From Chiloscyllium plagiosum (lineage: Eukaryota): 64,000 nucleotides of DNA. How positions within the stretch are numbered: position 1 is the first letter of the stretch; every line of letters begins with the position of its first letter. Below are positions 25,885-35,890 of this stretch, in pieces. Where the stretch lies: positions 98,366,518 through 98,430,517 of the forward strand of contig NC_057718.1 of NCBI RefSeq assembly GCF_004010195.1, read 5' to 3'. Made by a program: the position numbers and the translations under genes. The notes under the pieces were generated by a model. The model made no database searches. It was not told the DNA's origin and saw nothing but the letters and a program-made list of their open reading frames with translations.

Positions 25885-26700
25885 TAGAGTCATAGAGATG
25901 TAGACAGGGAAACAGACATTTCGGTCCAACTCGTCCACGCCAACCAGATATCCTAAATTAATCTAGTCCCATTTGCCAACAGTTGGCCCATATATATCCC
26001 TCCAAGCCCTTCCTATTCATATACCCATCCAAATGCTTTTCAAATGTTGTAATTGTACCAGCCTCCACCACTTCCTTTGGCAGCTCATTCCATACACGCA
26101 CCACCCTCTGCTTGAAAAAGTTGCCACTTAGGTCCCTTTGCCTAAACCTAAACCCAAAATCTATGCCCTCCAGTTCTGAGCTCCCTACCCCAGTGAAAAT
26201 ACCTTACCCTATTTATGCCCGCCATAATATTATAAATCTCTATAAAGCTACCCCTCAGCCTCTGACGCTCCATGGAAAACAGCCCCAGCCTATTCAGCCT
26301 CTCCCTATAGCTCAAATCGTCCAACCCTGGCAACATCCTTATAAATCGTTTCTGAACTCTTTCAAGTTTCACAACATTCTTCCTATAGGAAGGAGACCAG
26401 AATCGCACACAGTATTCCAAAAGTGGCCTAACCAATGTCCTGTACACCACAACATGACCTCCCAACTCCTATATGCAATGCTCCTACCAAAAAAGGAAAG
26501 CATACCAAATGCCTTCTTCACTATCCTGTCTACCTGCGACTCTACTTTCAAGGAACTATGAGTCTGCAATCCAAGGTCTCTTTGTTCAGCAACACTCCCC
26601 AGGATCTTGCCTGCTTTGATTTACCTTCCCAAAATGCAGAACCTCACATTTATCTAAATTAAACACCATCTGCCACTCCTCAGCCCATCGGCCCTCCTGA
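25885..26700 (-). mobile_element. CR1-clade LINE 3' part
   Basis: Minus ORFs YRTLVRPLLEYCVRFWSP...LERVQKRFIRMLPG; tail tagagtcatagag at the left end. Flanked by other CR1 tails (25290-25690 minus, 26700-26900 plus). Confidence 0.93.
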
Positions 26701-27391
26701 GGGAATGATGGATGTGAATACAGTTGCAATGTTTAAAAGTCATTTGGATAAGTACATGAATAGGAAAGGTTTGGAGGGATATGGGCCAGGAGCAGGCGGG
26801 TGGGACTAATTTAGTTTGGGATTATGGTCAGCATGGACTGGTTGGGCAGAAGGGTCTGTTTCTGTACTGGGGAACATTCATATACCTCTATGACTCTAAT
26901 TGTACAAGTTCATCTTTTTTTCAAAAGAAGATTTGTTGGGTGACAGATTTATACAATATTTTCCGTGTGAATCTACGTATACGCATCTGTATTTGTAAAC
27001 TTGTGAGATGTTGGTTGGATCAAGAATAATCACCTTTATAACCAATAAAGATCACTGTTTCTCTAGTGGACGCCTGATTCACCTTTACATCTCCCAAATG
27101 AAGAAATGTCCTCTGCAGGTCCCTGTTAAAGGTTTGGAGGTTTTACGTGTTTGGTAATTGGAATTAATAGCACAGATTTTTTTTAATGAGGCGCTTTTCT
27201 ACAGATCTATTCTTGGGGTTTGGGTGAAGTCGTGTCATTTAGATTTATTTCCCAAGAATGAATCTCCATGAGTCGTGATATCTCTGGAGGTGTCTGATGG
27301 ATTCTGTGGGTTTGTTGCCAACTCAGGCAGGAGTCCGCAGGCGATGTGTAGGTGCTGCTCAGCTCATTTCAAGAGAAGCAGAGCTCAAAGA

Positions 27392-28495
27392 ATACAGCTC
27401 TGCCATCCTGCAGAGCTCCACCACAGAGCCCTGACAGTACAGCTCCATCGCAGAATGTAGCTCCGCCACAGAGCCCAGTGAGTTCAGCTCCGCCACAGAG
27501 CCCAGTGAGTACAGCTCTGCCACAGAGCTCAGTGAGTACAGCTCTGCCACAGAACCCAGTGAGTTCAGCTCCGCCACAGAACGCAGCTCTGCCACAGAGC
27601 CCAGTGAGTACAGCTCCGCCACAGAGCCCAGTGAGTACAGCTCCGCCAGAGAGCTCAGTGACTACAATTCCGCCACAGAGTCCAGTGAGTACAGCTCTGC
27701 CACAGAACCCAGTGAGTTCAGCTCCGCCACAGAACGCAGCTCTGCCACAGAGCCCAGTGAGTTCAGCTCTGCCACAGAGCCCAGTGAGTACAGCTCCGCC
27801 AGAGAGCTCAGTGAGTACAATTCCGCCACAGAGTCCAGTGAGTCCAGCTCTGCCACAGAGCCCAGTGAGTTCAGCTCCGCCACAGAGCCCAGTGAGTTCA
27901 ACTCCGCCACAGAACGCAGCTCCGCCACAGAGCCCACTGAATATAGCTCCACCACAGAGCCCAGTGAGTACAGCTCTGCCACAGAGCCCAGTGAGTTCAG
28001 CTCCGCCACAGAGCCCAGTGAGTTCAGCTCCGCCACAGAGCCCAGTGAGTACAGCTCCGCCACAGAGCCCAGTGAGTTCAGCTCTGCCACAGAGCTCAGT
28101 GAGTACAACTCCGCCACAGAGCCCAGTGAGTCCAGCTCTGCCACAGAGCCCAGTGAGTACAGCTCTGCCACAGAGCCCACTGAGTATAGCTCCGCCACAG
28201 AGCGCAGCTCCACCACAGAGCCCAGTGAGTTCAGCTCCACCACAGAGCCCAGGGAGTACAGCTCCACCACAGAGCTCAGTGAGTACAGCTCCATCACAGC
28301 GCCCAGTGAGTTCAGCTCCGCCAGAGAGCCCACTGAGTACCCAGTGAGTTCAGCTCCGCCAGAGAGCCCACTGAGTATAGCTCCGCCACAGAGCGCAGCT
28401 CCGCCACAGAGCCCAGTGAGTTCAGCTCCGCCAGAGAGCCCACTGAGTATAGCTCCGCCGCAGAGCGCAGCTCCGCCAGAGAGCCCAGCGAGCTC
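27392..28495. repeat. Minisatellite, 27-bp unit (cagctccgccacagagcccagtgagta) with 18-bp variants
   Basis: Roughly 40 tandem units visible. Translates as SSAPPQSPV repeats (+) and VAELNSLGS repeats (-). Confidence 0.95.
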
Positions 28496-28869
28496 TGCAC
28501 GCTTTCAGGAAAGCCGCTGCCACAGAAGCTGAGGCGCTGCTCTCTGACAGTCACACTGCACCAAAGAATTCACTCTGGGATTCCTCAGCACTGCTCTGCG
28601 TATTTCAAACAGAGAGAGGGGGAGAGAGAATCCATTCGACAGCCATCGCTGACCACGGAGGCAGCACAAAAAGCCCCAGTCCTGTCAGCCGGGGGGTGGG
28701 GGTGGGGGTGGGGGGGAAGGGTTGGGGTGGGGATGGGAGGGAAGGGTTTTTTTTGGTGGGGGGAAATCTGAGCTGCTTCATTCCTGGGCAGGTTATCAGT
28801 CTGAGCTGCTGTCCGCCGGTCAAAGGAACCGCTCACTCAGCAGTGCAGGTTCCCGATCTCCAGTACAGT

Positions 28870-28936
28870 ATGGAAACAAGCAAGAGGCACCATCCTCATC
28901 TCAGCCCAGCACTGCATCTGCTCGCCTTCATCCTCA
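28870..28936 (+). CDS. LAMP5: LAMP5 exon 1 (start of signal peptide)
   Basis: ATG at 28870 gives METSKRHHPHLSPALHLLAFIL plus 1 nt, then donor gtaagt. Phase 1 matches exon 2. Confidence 0.8.
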
Positions 28937-29874
28937 GTAAGTACAGTCTCTAGAGGCATGCTGCATTGGAGGGAGAGTGGGGTCCGGGAGGGGGGTGATA
29001 GTGGGGGGCTGCAGATCTCAACATTACACCCTCCCCCCCCGCCCCCCCCAGCCCCAAAGCCAATGTGTGGAGAATAATCTCTACACCCTCACCCACCCCG
29101 ATCGAATCTCTTGGAAAAGGTTATGTTGGAATATCTTCCGAAAGCTGCCTAACGAAGCGTTTTCCGCAATTTTGCACGTTAACCCCTTGTGTACCTGACA
29201 GCTGTTTATTTTTTCTTCTAATGTCAGGAATCACATTAAACAAGCTGCTGTAAATGTTTCGCAGGTGAATCCAATAAGAAGGAGCGGGACGTTAGAGGGA
29301 TGCTCTGTTCCGAAAATTCACTGATTTTTTTTTCCCCTTCCCTCAATTTTCATTGATTCGGACAAAGTGCTGCATTCCTCAAACAACCTCCTCCCGTCCT
29401 CGGAGCGTTCGGAATTCGTGGTTAGAGAGACAGTGAATTGTTTTTATTTTAATTTTATTTTTATTTAAGAAAATGACCAAACAGAGAAACAAATGACTGG
29501 GGTGTTCGGGCAAATATTTGAAATAAGTTCTTCCGACCCTGGAGCTGAGTTCACGGGATTGAACTGTTAAGACTAGCCGGGACATTTAAATACACCATTC
29601 CCCGGTTCCATTTCTACTGCAAACCCAACCTGTTCCCTGTTTTGAGTTAATCTTGTGTTAATCTCCCTTTGCAACTATTCCAGGTGCATTTTGTAACATG
29701 GTATTGAGGAGGGCGATAGTAACTGTTACCTCTTCTGCGACTGAGTTCATTTTAATTTATTTTCACATCACGGATTTGCCTGTAAATGTTGAGATAGAGA
29801 GAAAACCATCGAGCCATTTTTTTTTTAGCAAAAGATTACACTTTTGAGATGTGAGCCATATTGTCACTTTGCAG

Positions 29875-30047
29875 ATGTTCTTCCTGGGGTCTGTGCGGAA
29901 CAGGAGACGGAGAACCTCTCAGGGCTTTCCACTGATCCTTACAAAGACATTTTTGTGGTTCGGGAGAACGGAACAACGTGTCTGATGGCAGAATTTGCAG
30001 CAAAATTTAACATCGCCTACGACGCAAGGGCTAGTAACTATGTAGAT
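29875..30047 (+). CDS. LAMP5: LAMP5 exon 2
   Basis: Acceptor ctttgcag, donor gtaaga, 173 nt. [51 protein letters not shown] closely resembles the LAMP5 N-terminus. Confidence 0.95.
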
Positions 30048-30234
30048 GTAAGACAACGTTTACACATAGCTCCCTCCTTGAGATTAACACGCGAAAAAAA
30101 AACCCTTCAACTTTTGCGGTCAAAACCAAATTGTTTTAAAATCTGTTGTATCTCTAACTGATTTAGTTCACCTTTTGCAACGAATTACTCGGCGCACACA
30201 CACGCCCACAACTTTTTGATCTTTTTGGCCCTAG

Positions 30235-30366
30235 CTCATTACAGAACAAGCTGACATCTCGATTCCACGTGGAGCAGGCGTGAGGGGAAAATGCGGAAAT
30301 AACGAATCTGAGCTGCAGATTTCTTGGCTGGACGACATCTACAGTTTTAAGCTCTTTTTTGTGAAG
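30235..30366 (+). CDS. LAMP5: LAMP5 exon 3
   Basis: Acceptor ccctag, donor gtaaac, 132 nt: [44 protein letters not shown]. Confidence 0.95.
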
Positions 30367-31165
30367 GTAAACTCAACCTCCCCCCACCCCCTCCGGCGCG
30401 CTGGGAGGGATTAAAAAATCGAATATCTAAAACAACAAAAAAAAATTGCCTGAGACGCTTAGTGGGTCTCCTCTGTCTCTGTAAGCAGCAAAGTTGTATC
30501 TGAAGCTGGGGAGAGATATCCAATGTGAAGTTTGTCCACACGAAGAGAGAAAAAGCAGAGAATCTGTGTGTGTGTGAGAGAGGGAAAGAGACAGTGTTAT
30601 TGTTTAAGGGTCCGTAACCTTTCATCAAAAATGGGAGGTGAATTAGTTTTGACCGAGAGACAAGGACAAAAGTAGAGTTTGCATAAATGCTACCCCTTCC
30701 AGACTTCACGATTCTGATGAAGAATCGTGTAACCTCGGAAACTTTAGCTTGCTTGTCTCTCTCCATGGACACTGCCTGTGATCTCCAGCATTTTTTATTT
30801 GCAGTTCTGACGGGACAGACTGGGTGACAGAAAAGATTTTAGAGTGATGCTGGAAAAGCACAGCAGGTCAGGCAGCATCCGAGGAGCAGGAGAATCGACG
30901 TTTCGGGCAAAGACCCTTCACCAGGAATCCTGGGTGACAGAAAAGTTATGCCTCCCACCCCATTCGAGCGCCAAAAGCAAACAGAGTTGGGAGCAAACGA
31001 AAGATGTACCGAGTTGCTGCAGACTGGCATTAGGAAACCAAGGTCCAGAATCAAATACAAACAGGACGAAAACAGAAATTGCTGGAGAAACCCAGCAGAG
31101 ATAAAACAGAGTTAACGTTTCGAGTCCAGTGAGCCCTCCTTGGTTCTTAAAGATGCTGCTCGAGG

Positions 31166-31452
31166 TGCTGAAAACGAGAAAAAAAACAAAAACAGAAATT
31201 GTTGGAAAAGCTCAGCAGGTCTGGCAGCGTCTGTGGAGAGAAATCAAGAGTTAAAGTTTGCGTTCTGAGGAAGGGTCACTGGACCCGAAACGTTAACTCC
31301 TGATTTCAGTGCGGAGAGAAATCAGGAGTTAACGTTTCGGGTCCAGTGACCCTTCCTCAGAACGCAAACTTTAACTCTTGATTTCTCTCCACAGACGCTG
31401 CCAGACCTGCTGAGCTTTTCCAACAATTTCTGCTTTTGTTTCTGCTGAAAAC
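31166..31452. mobile_element. Fold-back Penelope-terminus element: perfect 115-bp inverted repeat with a 10-bp flanking direct repeat
   Basis: 31193-31307 is the exact reverse complement of 31318-31432 (spacer agtgcggaga). tgctgaaaac occurs at 31166-31175 and 31443-31452. Confidence 0.9.
31262..31297 (+). ncRNA. Minimal type I hammerhead ribozyme motif (mirror copy on minus at 31328-31363)
   Basis: GUU-CUGAGGA-A-GGGUC(ACUG)GACCC-GAA-ACGU-U-AAC: CUGANGA and GAAA core, 5-bp stem II, palindromic ACGU stem III, GUU/AAC stem I. Confidence 0.6.
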
Positions 31453-32010
31453 AATTTCTGTTCTTTGGTTTATTATGTTTGTTTGTTTGAGATTTCCCGC
31501 TTCCTCAGTTTGTTTTCATTTTACTGCAATGGGAAACAAATGGAGTGTTGTGTTTGTAGTGGAATGAGGAATGGGTGAGGAATGCGACATAGTTCACTGC
31601 CTGAAATTGTTGGACTCGGTATTAACTCTGCTTGGTCTAGGGATGGTCTCCTGTTCCCAGTTCTGATGAGAAGTCGCAGATTTTGAAACGTTAACCACCC
31701 GCTCCCCGACCCCACACAGTCGCTGCCAAACGTGCGGAAATATTTCCAGCATGTTCCTCTCCAGTAACGGTGGCATTCTGTATATCTGAGGTTGGCCAAT
31801 CGCTGTTCTCTCTCTCTCTCTTCGCCATTTCAAACATCAATAAGGGAGACCCAAGTGTTAAATACCCTTGAAAATACGCCAGTCTCCAAGTGGGAAACCA
31901 GTTTGAGGTCAAGTTGTTCGTGTTGGGTTCTGTGGAATAGGCGGCGTCTTATAAGAATGTCATGTCTTTGGTTACAGTCTGATGATGGATATTGCTGAAC
32001 TTTTCAACAG

Positions 32011-32116
32011 GAAATCCGCAACGTTTCGACGAGGCAAGACAGTTACTGGAAGATCAGCAAGATGCAGTTCGTTTACGATTCGTCTGATACCGCTCACTTT
32101 AAGGACGCGGCCAATG
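32011..32116 (+). CDS. LAMP5: LAMP5 exon 4
   Basis: Acceptor ttttcaacag, donor gtgagt, 106 nt: EIRNVSTRQDSYWKISKMQFVYDSSDTAHFKDAAN. Confidence 0.93.
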
Positions 32117-32720
32117 GTGAGTTCTCCAGTGAGAATCCCGAACGGACTCGGCGCTACACCAATGCAAATCTGGCCCGAATCATTTTTCCTCCCCCTGAGG
32201 TCACGCCTTCAGATGCACGGTCTCGGCGAATCAAGCGAGACGATTTGGTTACACGTAAAATGTTCTGGTTTTGTGTTTGTGATCTCAGCTGGATCCCCGT
32301 TCTGCGTTTCCTAATACCCTACCCCCAATGAAGTTAACCAGCCTCACCATGAAATCATTCTGGAAATCATTCATGGAAATCTATATAACCCGAAATTTTT
32401 GGAAAGGGATCAAGGTTGTGACATTAATGCCGCCTTTTTCAGTTTGAAAATCTACGTTTAAGGGCGTTCGTTCTTTTTTTTAAATTTATTCGTTCTCGCC
32501 CGTAGGCTGGGCGCATATGTAATGCTCATCTCTAACCGCCCTGCAGGAGGCGGTGGCGAGCAGCTTTCTTCAACCCTTGCAGTTCGAGGGGGATTGATAG
32601 GTGTGTACGGCCAGGGAGAAACGAATAGTTAGACTGAAGTCACACTGACACAGTGCACGGAGAGGGCTGGAGAAGCTCGACAGGAAATGAAGGGAGAGAG
32701 AGAGAGAGAGGGATAACTTG

Positions 32721-33006
32721 GGGTGGCACGGTGGCTCACAGCACCAGGAACCCGGGTACGATACTAGCCTCAGGTGTCTGTGTAAAGTTTGCACATTCTC
32801 CCAGTGTCTGCATGGGTTTCCTCCCACCGTCCATAGATGTTCAAGTTAGGGGGAATTGACCGTTCTAAATTGCCCGCAGTATTAGGTGCATTAGTCAGGG
32901 GTATATGTAGGGGAATGGGTCTGAGCGGATTGCTCTTCGGAGGGTCGGTATGGGCTTGTTGGGCCGAAGGGCCTGTTTCGATACTGAAAGGAATCTAACC
33001 TAATCT
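32721..33006 (+). mobile_element. HE1-type V-SINE in LAMP5 intron 4
   Basis: gggtggcacggtggctca head, V-domain, aatcta tail. Confidence 0.85.
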
Positions 33007-33309
33007 GATTTTGAGTCCTGCGATGAATTCTGTTTCTGCTCCACGGACCTGCTGAGTTTCTCCAGCAAGTTCTAGATTTGTTTCAGATTTCCGGAGTCTG
33101 TTTGTTTTAATGCGTCGGTGCATCTCAAGTATTGAGATTTTTCTTCGTCCTGATGTACCCTGCTGGTGTTGCCCACACTCACGGCCGAGCTGCGGTTTGA
33201 TCTTGGATTGTACACCTCAGGTTGCATGCTCTCTGTCAGTTCTTTTGCAGGAGCTCTGTTGCAGTTTTATTTTTGGTTTGGTGTCTGAGCAAGGACTTTC
33301 TCTCTGCAG

Positions 33310-33498
33310 CCGGGAAGCACACCGCCAGTTCTCGCCGTCTGTCCCTCTTTGTGACCCCTCTGGGCAAGTCTTACAAGTGTGAGGCGCAGGAAACCATCTC
33401 TGTCATCTCCAGTGACCAGCAGAAGGTGGTGGCTATCCTGCTCTCTCAGATCCACATCCAACCGTTCGGTCTCAAGCGAGACTTCATCTTTAGCGAAG
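33310..33498 (+). CDS. LAMP5: LAMP5 exon 5
   Basis: Acceptor tctctgcag, donor gtagag, 189 nt: [63 protein letters not shown]. Confidence 0.95.
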
Positions 33499-33908
33499 GT
33501 AGAGAGGCGGGGGGGGGGGGGGGGCACGGTATTTTATTGTTTCTCTACATGGGGTGGGAGGGGTGGCAGTTACGGGGATGGCTGGGAGGTCACACTAATC
33601 TAGAGTCTGGGAGATCACAACAAGCCAGGCAGCATCAGGAGGTGGAGAAGTCGACGTTTCGGCTGTAACCCTTCTTCAAGTGCACAACAGCAAGATAAAC
33701 ATTGATTTGAAATTAGAATTCAAGAAATTGAAGGGGGAAACAATTACATACTTTCTGTCCCACGTTTTGTTATTGTATGTAGAATGACCCGAATACTATA
33801 CCAGTCTCAAGCCTCACCGTTCGACTGTTTTTTCTTGAACTGATTTTTTTTTGAAAGAATCTATCTTTGTAGTATTCATGCTTTCATCCCCTCGTCTCTC
33901 CTCTGCAG

Positions 33909-34087
33909 CTTCTAAGTGTGTGGTAGATCAACAGGAACAGCTGGAAGAGACTCTGCCCCTTATACTGGGGCTGACCCTGGGACTCCTCATCGTGGTAATC
34001 CTGTCTGTCTATCACATCCACCACAAGCTGACGGCCCCCAGTCAAGTGCAGATCCCCAGGGACAGGTCGGAGTACAAACACATGTAA
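33909..34087 (+). CDS. LAMP5: LAMP5 exon 6 (TM helix and YKHM sorting motif)
   Basis: Acceptor ctctgcag. [58 protein letters not shown]. The six exons sum to 846 nt (281 aa plus stop). AATAAA at 34558. Confidence 0.96.
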
Positions 34088-35599
34088 AGAGAGGCGATAT
34101 AGAGCGGTACATATGTTCTGTGGAGAGCCACTAGGAGACTTGTATGTGACGCTTTCAGAACCTCTACAGCACAAATGTAAATAGCAACGCCCTGAATTCT
34201 CGCTGTATATATTTAAGCACGCTTCTTAATTTAAACAGTGAAATAGTATGTGGAATGCTCTAAAAAAATGGAGTCCCGCCACTGCCAATGCACAACCGAC
34301 ACATTTAAAGCGATTAAACTGATTGCAAAGATTACGGAATTAGTGTAAACGCCAACTTGTATAGTATATTGGAAACCTGCATCGCTGCAATTATGTCGAG
34401 AAGGTTCAGCTCGATTTGGTTCCTTCAAACGCTTTTTTTTTTGCTTAAAATGTACACGGGGCAAGGAGTTGGTGCATGAATTGGAAAAAAAAAGAACAAA
34501 CGCGAATTTGTACAAATTCTCAGCCGAACTGTTTCGGGCTCAGTCCTGAACGCAAGAAATAAATCAGTCACTTTTAAAAGGAAATCTTACGGCGTCCCTG
34601 TGGCTTGGTTCGAGTCTTGTTTTACTTTCAGGATGCACTCGGAGCAATATTGAGGTCAGGTCAAAGAGAAGCAGTCACAATTTTTCATGCCCGCTCCCCC
34701 CTCCGTTTGAAAACCCATTGTCCTTTTCCGTATTCTGTTTGGACATTTGATAAACCGAACGCAGGAAGTTTCAGCGATTTTTAGCAGAAACTCTCTCGGC
34801 AGGTCCCTGAAATCCAGTCGCTGTCAGGCAAAACGATTACCTCCCGAATGTGGGAGGAATACAAAGGGGCACTGCATTATTTCTGATTTTTTTAAGGGGG
34901 TGGTGGAGGCTGGTACGATTACAACATTTAATAGGGCATCTGGATGGGGAGATGAGTAGGAAGGGTTGAGAGGAATATGTGCCAAATGCTGGCAAATGGG
35001 AATACACTGATATAGAATATCTGGTCGGCATGTTGAGTTGGATTGAAGGGTCTTGGTGACAGTATCTGACCAATTTGGGCTCATTTACTCCCCTCAGTTT
35101 ACAATAGGGAGATGGAATTGTGGAACATGTTTTCCCCGCTTTCCCACCTCCATCACTGAGCTGCTCTGGAGGAAGTGATTAGCAGTAGAGCGAGTAAGGC
35201 TCGCTTCACAATACACGTGCATTTTCTTTTTGTTTGAACGGATGCTTTAAAACAGTCATTGGGCCGTTCCACTCGTATACTTTTCCGATGTTCTGTATTC
35301 CAGTTATGGAGAGGCTAATTCCTCTGGCAAAAAGACTGAGCTAAATCCACAAGAGTTGTGTACTCAGATTTAGTTGCTAAATCCTTTGCATATTTGAAGC
35401 ACAGCAGGCCGGGTAAAATATGCTGCTTCGATAGTTAATTACACTCAAGGAAGGTTAGTGACTGGGAATTATCAATCAGTTTGTTGCCAGTTTTGTTCTG
35501 TTTCCTCTCCCCAAGGGCAAACAGTCCATGTCACTGAAAGTTACTTTAATAAACCCGTTTGGACATATTATAACACACCTCAGGAGCAGGTGGGATTCG

Positions 35600-35890
35600 G
35601 GCAACACGATGGCTCAGTGGTTAGCACTGCTGCCTCACAGCACCAAGAAATCCGGTTCGATGCCACACTCGGGCGATTGTCTGTGGGGGAGTTTGCACAA
35701 TCTCCCCGTGTCTGCGCGGGTTTCCTCATACAATCCAAAACCGTGCAGTTTAGGTGAATTGCCCATAGTGTTCAGGAATGTGTAGGTTATGTGCATTCGT
35801 CAGGGGTAAATTCATGGGAACAGGTTTGGGTGGGATACTCTTGGACTTGTTGGGCCGAAGGGTCTGTTTCCACACTGTGGGGATTCTATG
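35600..35890 (+). mobile_element. HE1-type V-SINE
   Basis: ggctcagtggttagcactgctgcctcacagc head, V-domain, gattctatg tail. Confidence 0.85.

Noticed and set aside
25885-26900. Twin-primed CR1 inversion
   Set aside because: Both opposed segments carry their own 3' tails, so they are two separate insertions.
27352-28347. 331-aa mucin-like ORF and the antisense VAEL-repeat ORFs as real genes
   Set aside because: GTG start, no good acceptor or signal peptide, and the open frames follow from the 9n-periodic minisatellite.
27392-28495. CRISPR-like array
   Set aside because: There are no unique spacers; it is a eukaryotic tandem minisatellite.
28580-28830. REST/RE1 site upstream of LAMP5
   Set aside because: Only scattered half-site matches (tcagcac; ggacagc on minus) without canonical spacing.
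35600-35670. tRNA genes at SINE heads
   Set aside because: The A/B-box sequences continue into V-SINE bodies and do not form complete cloverleaves.
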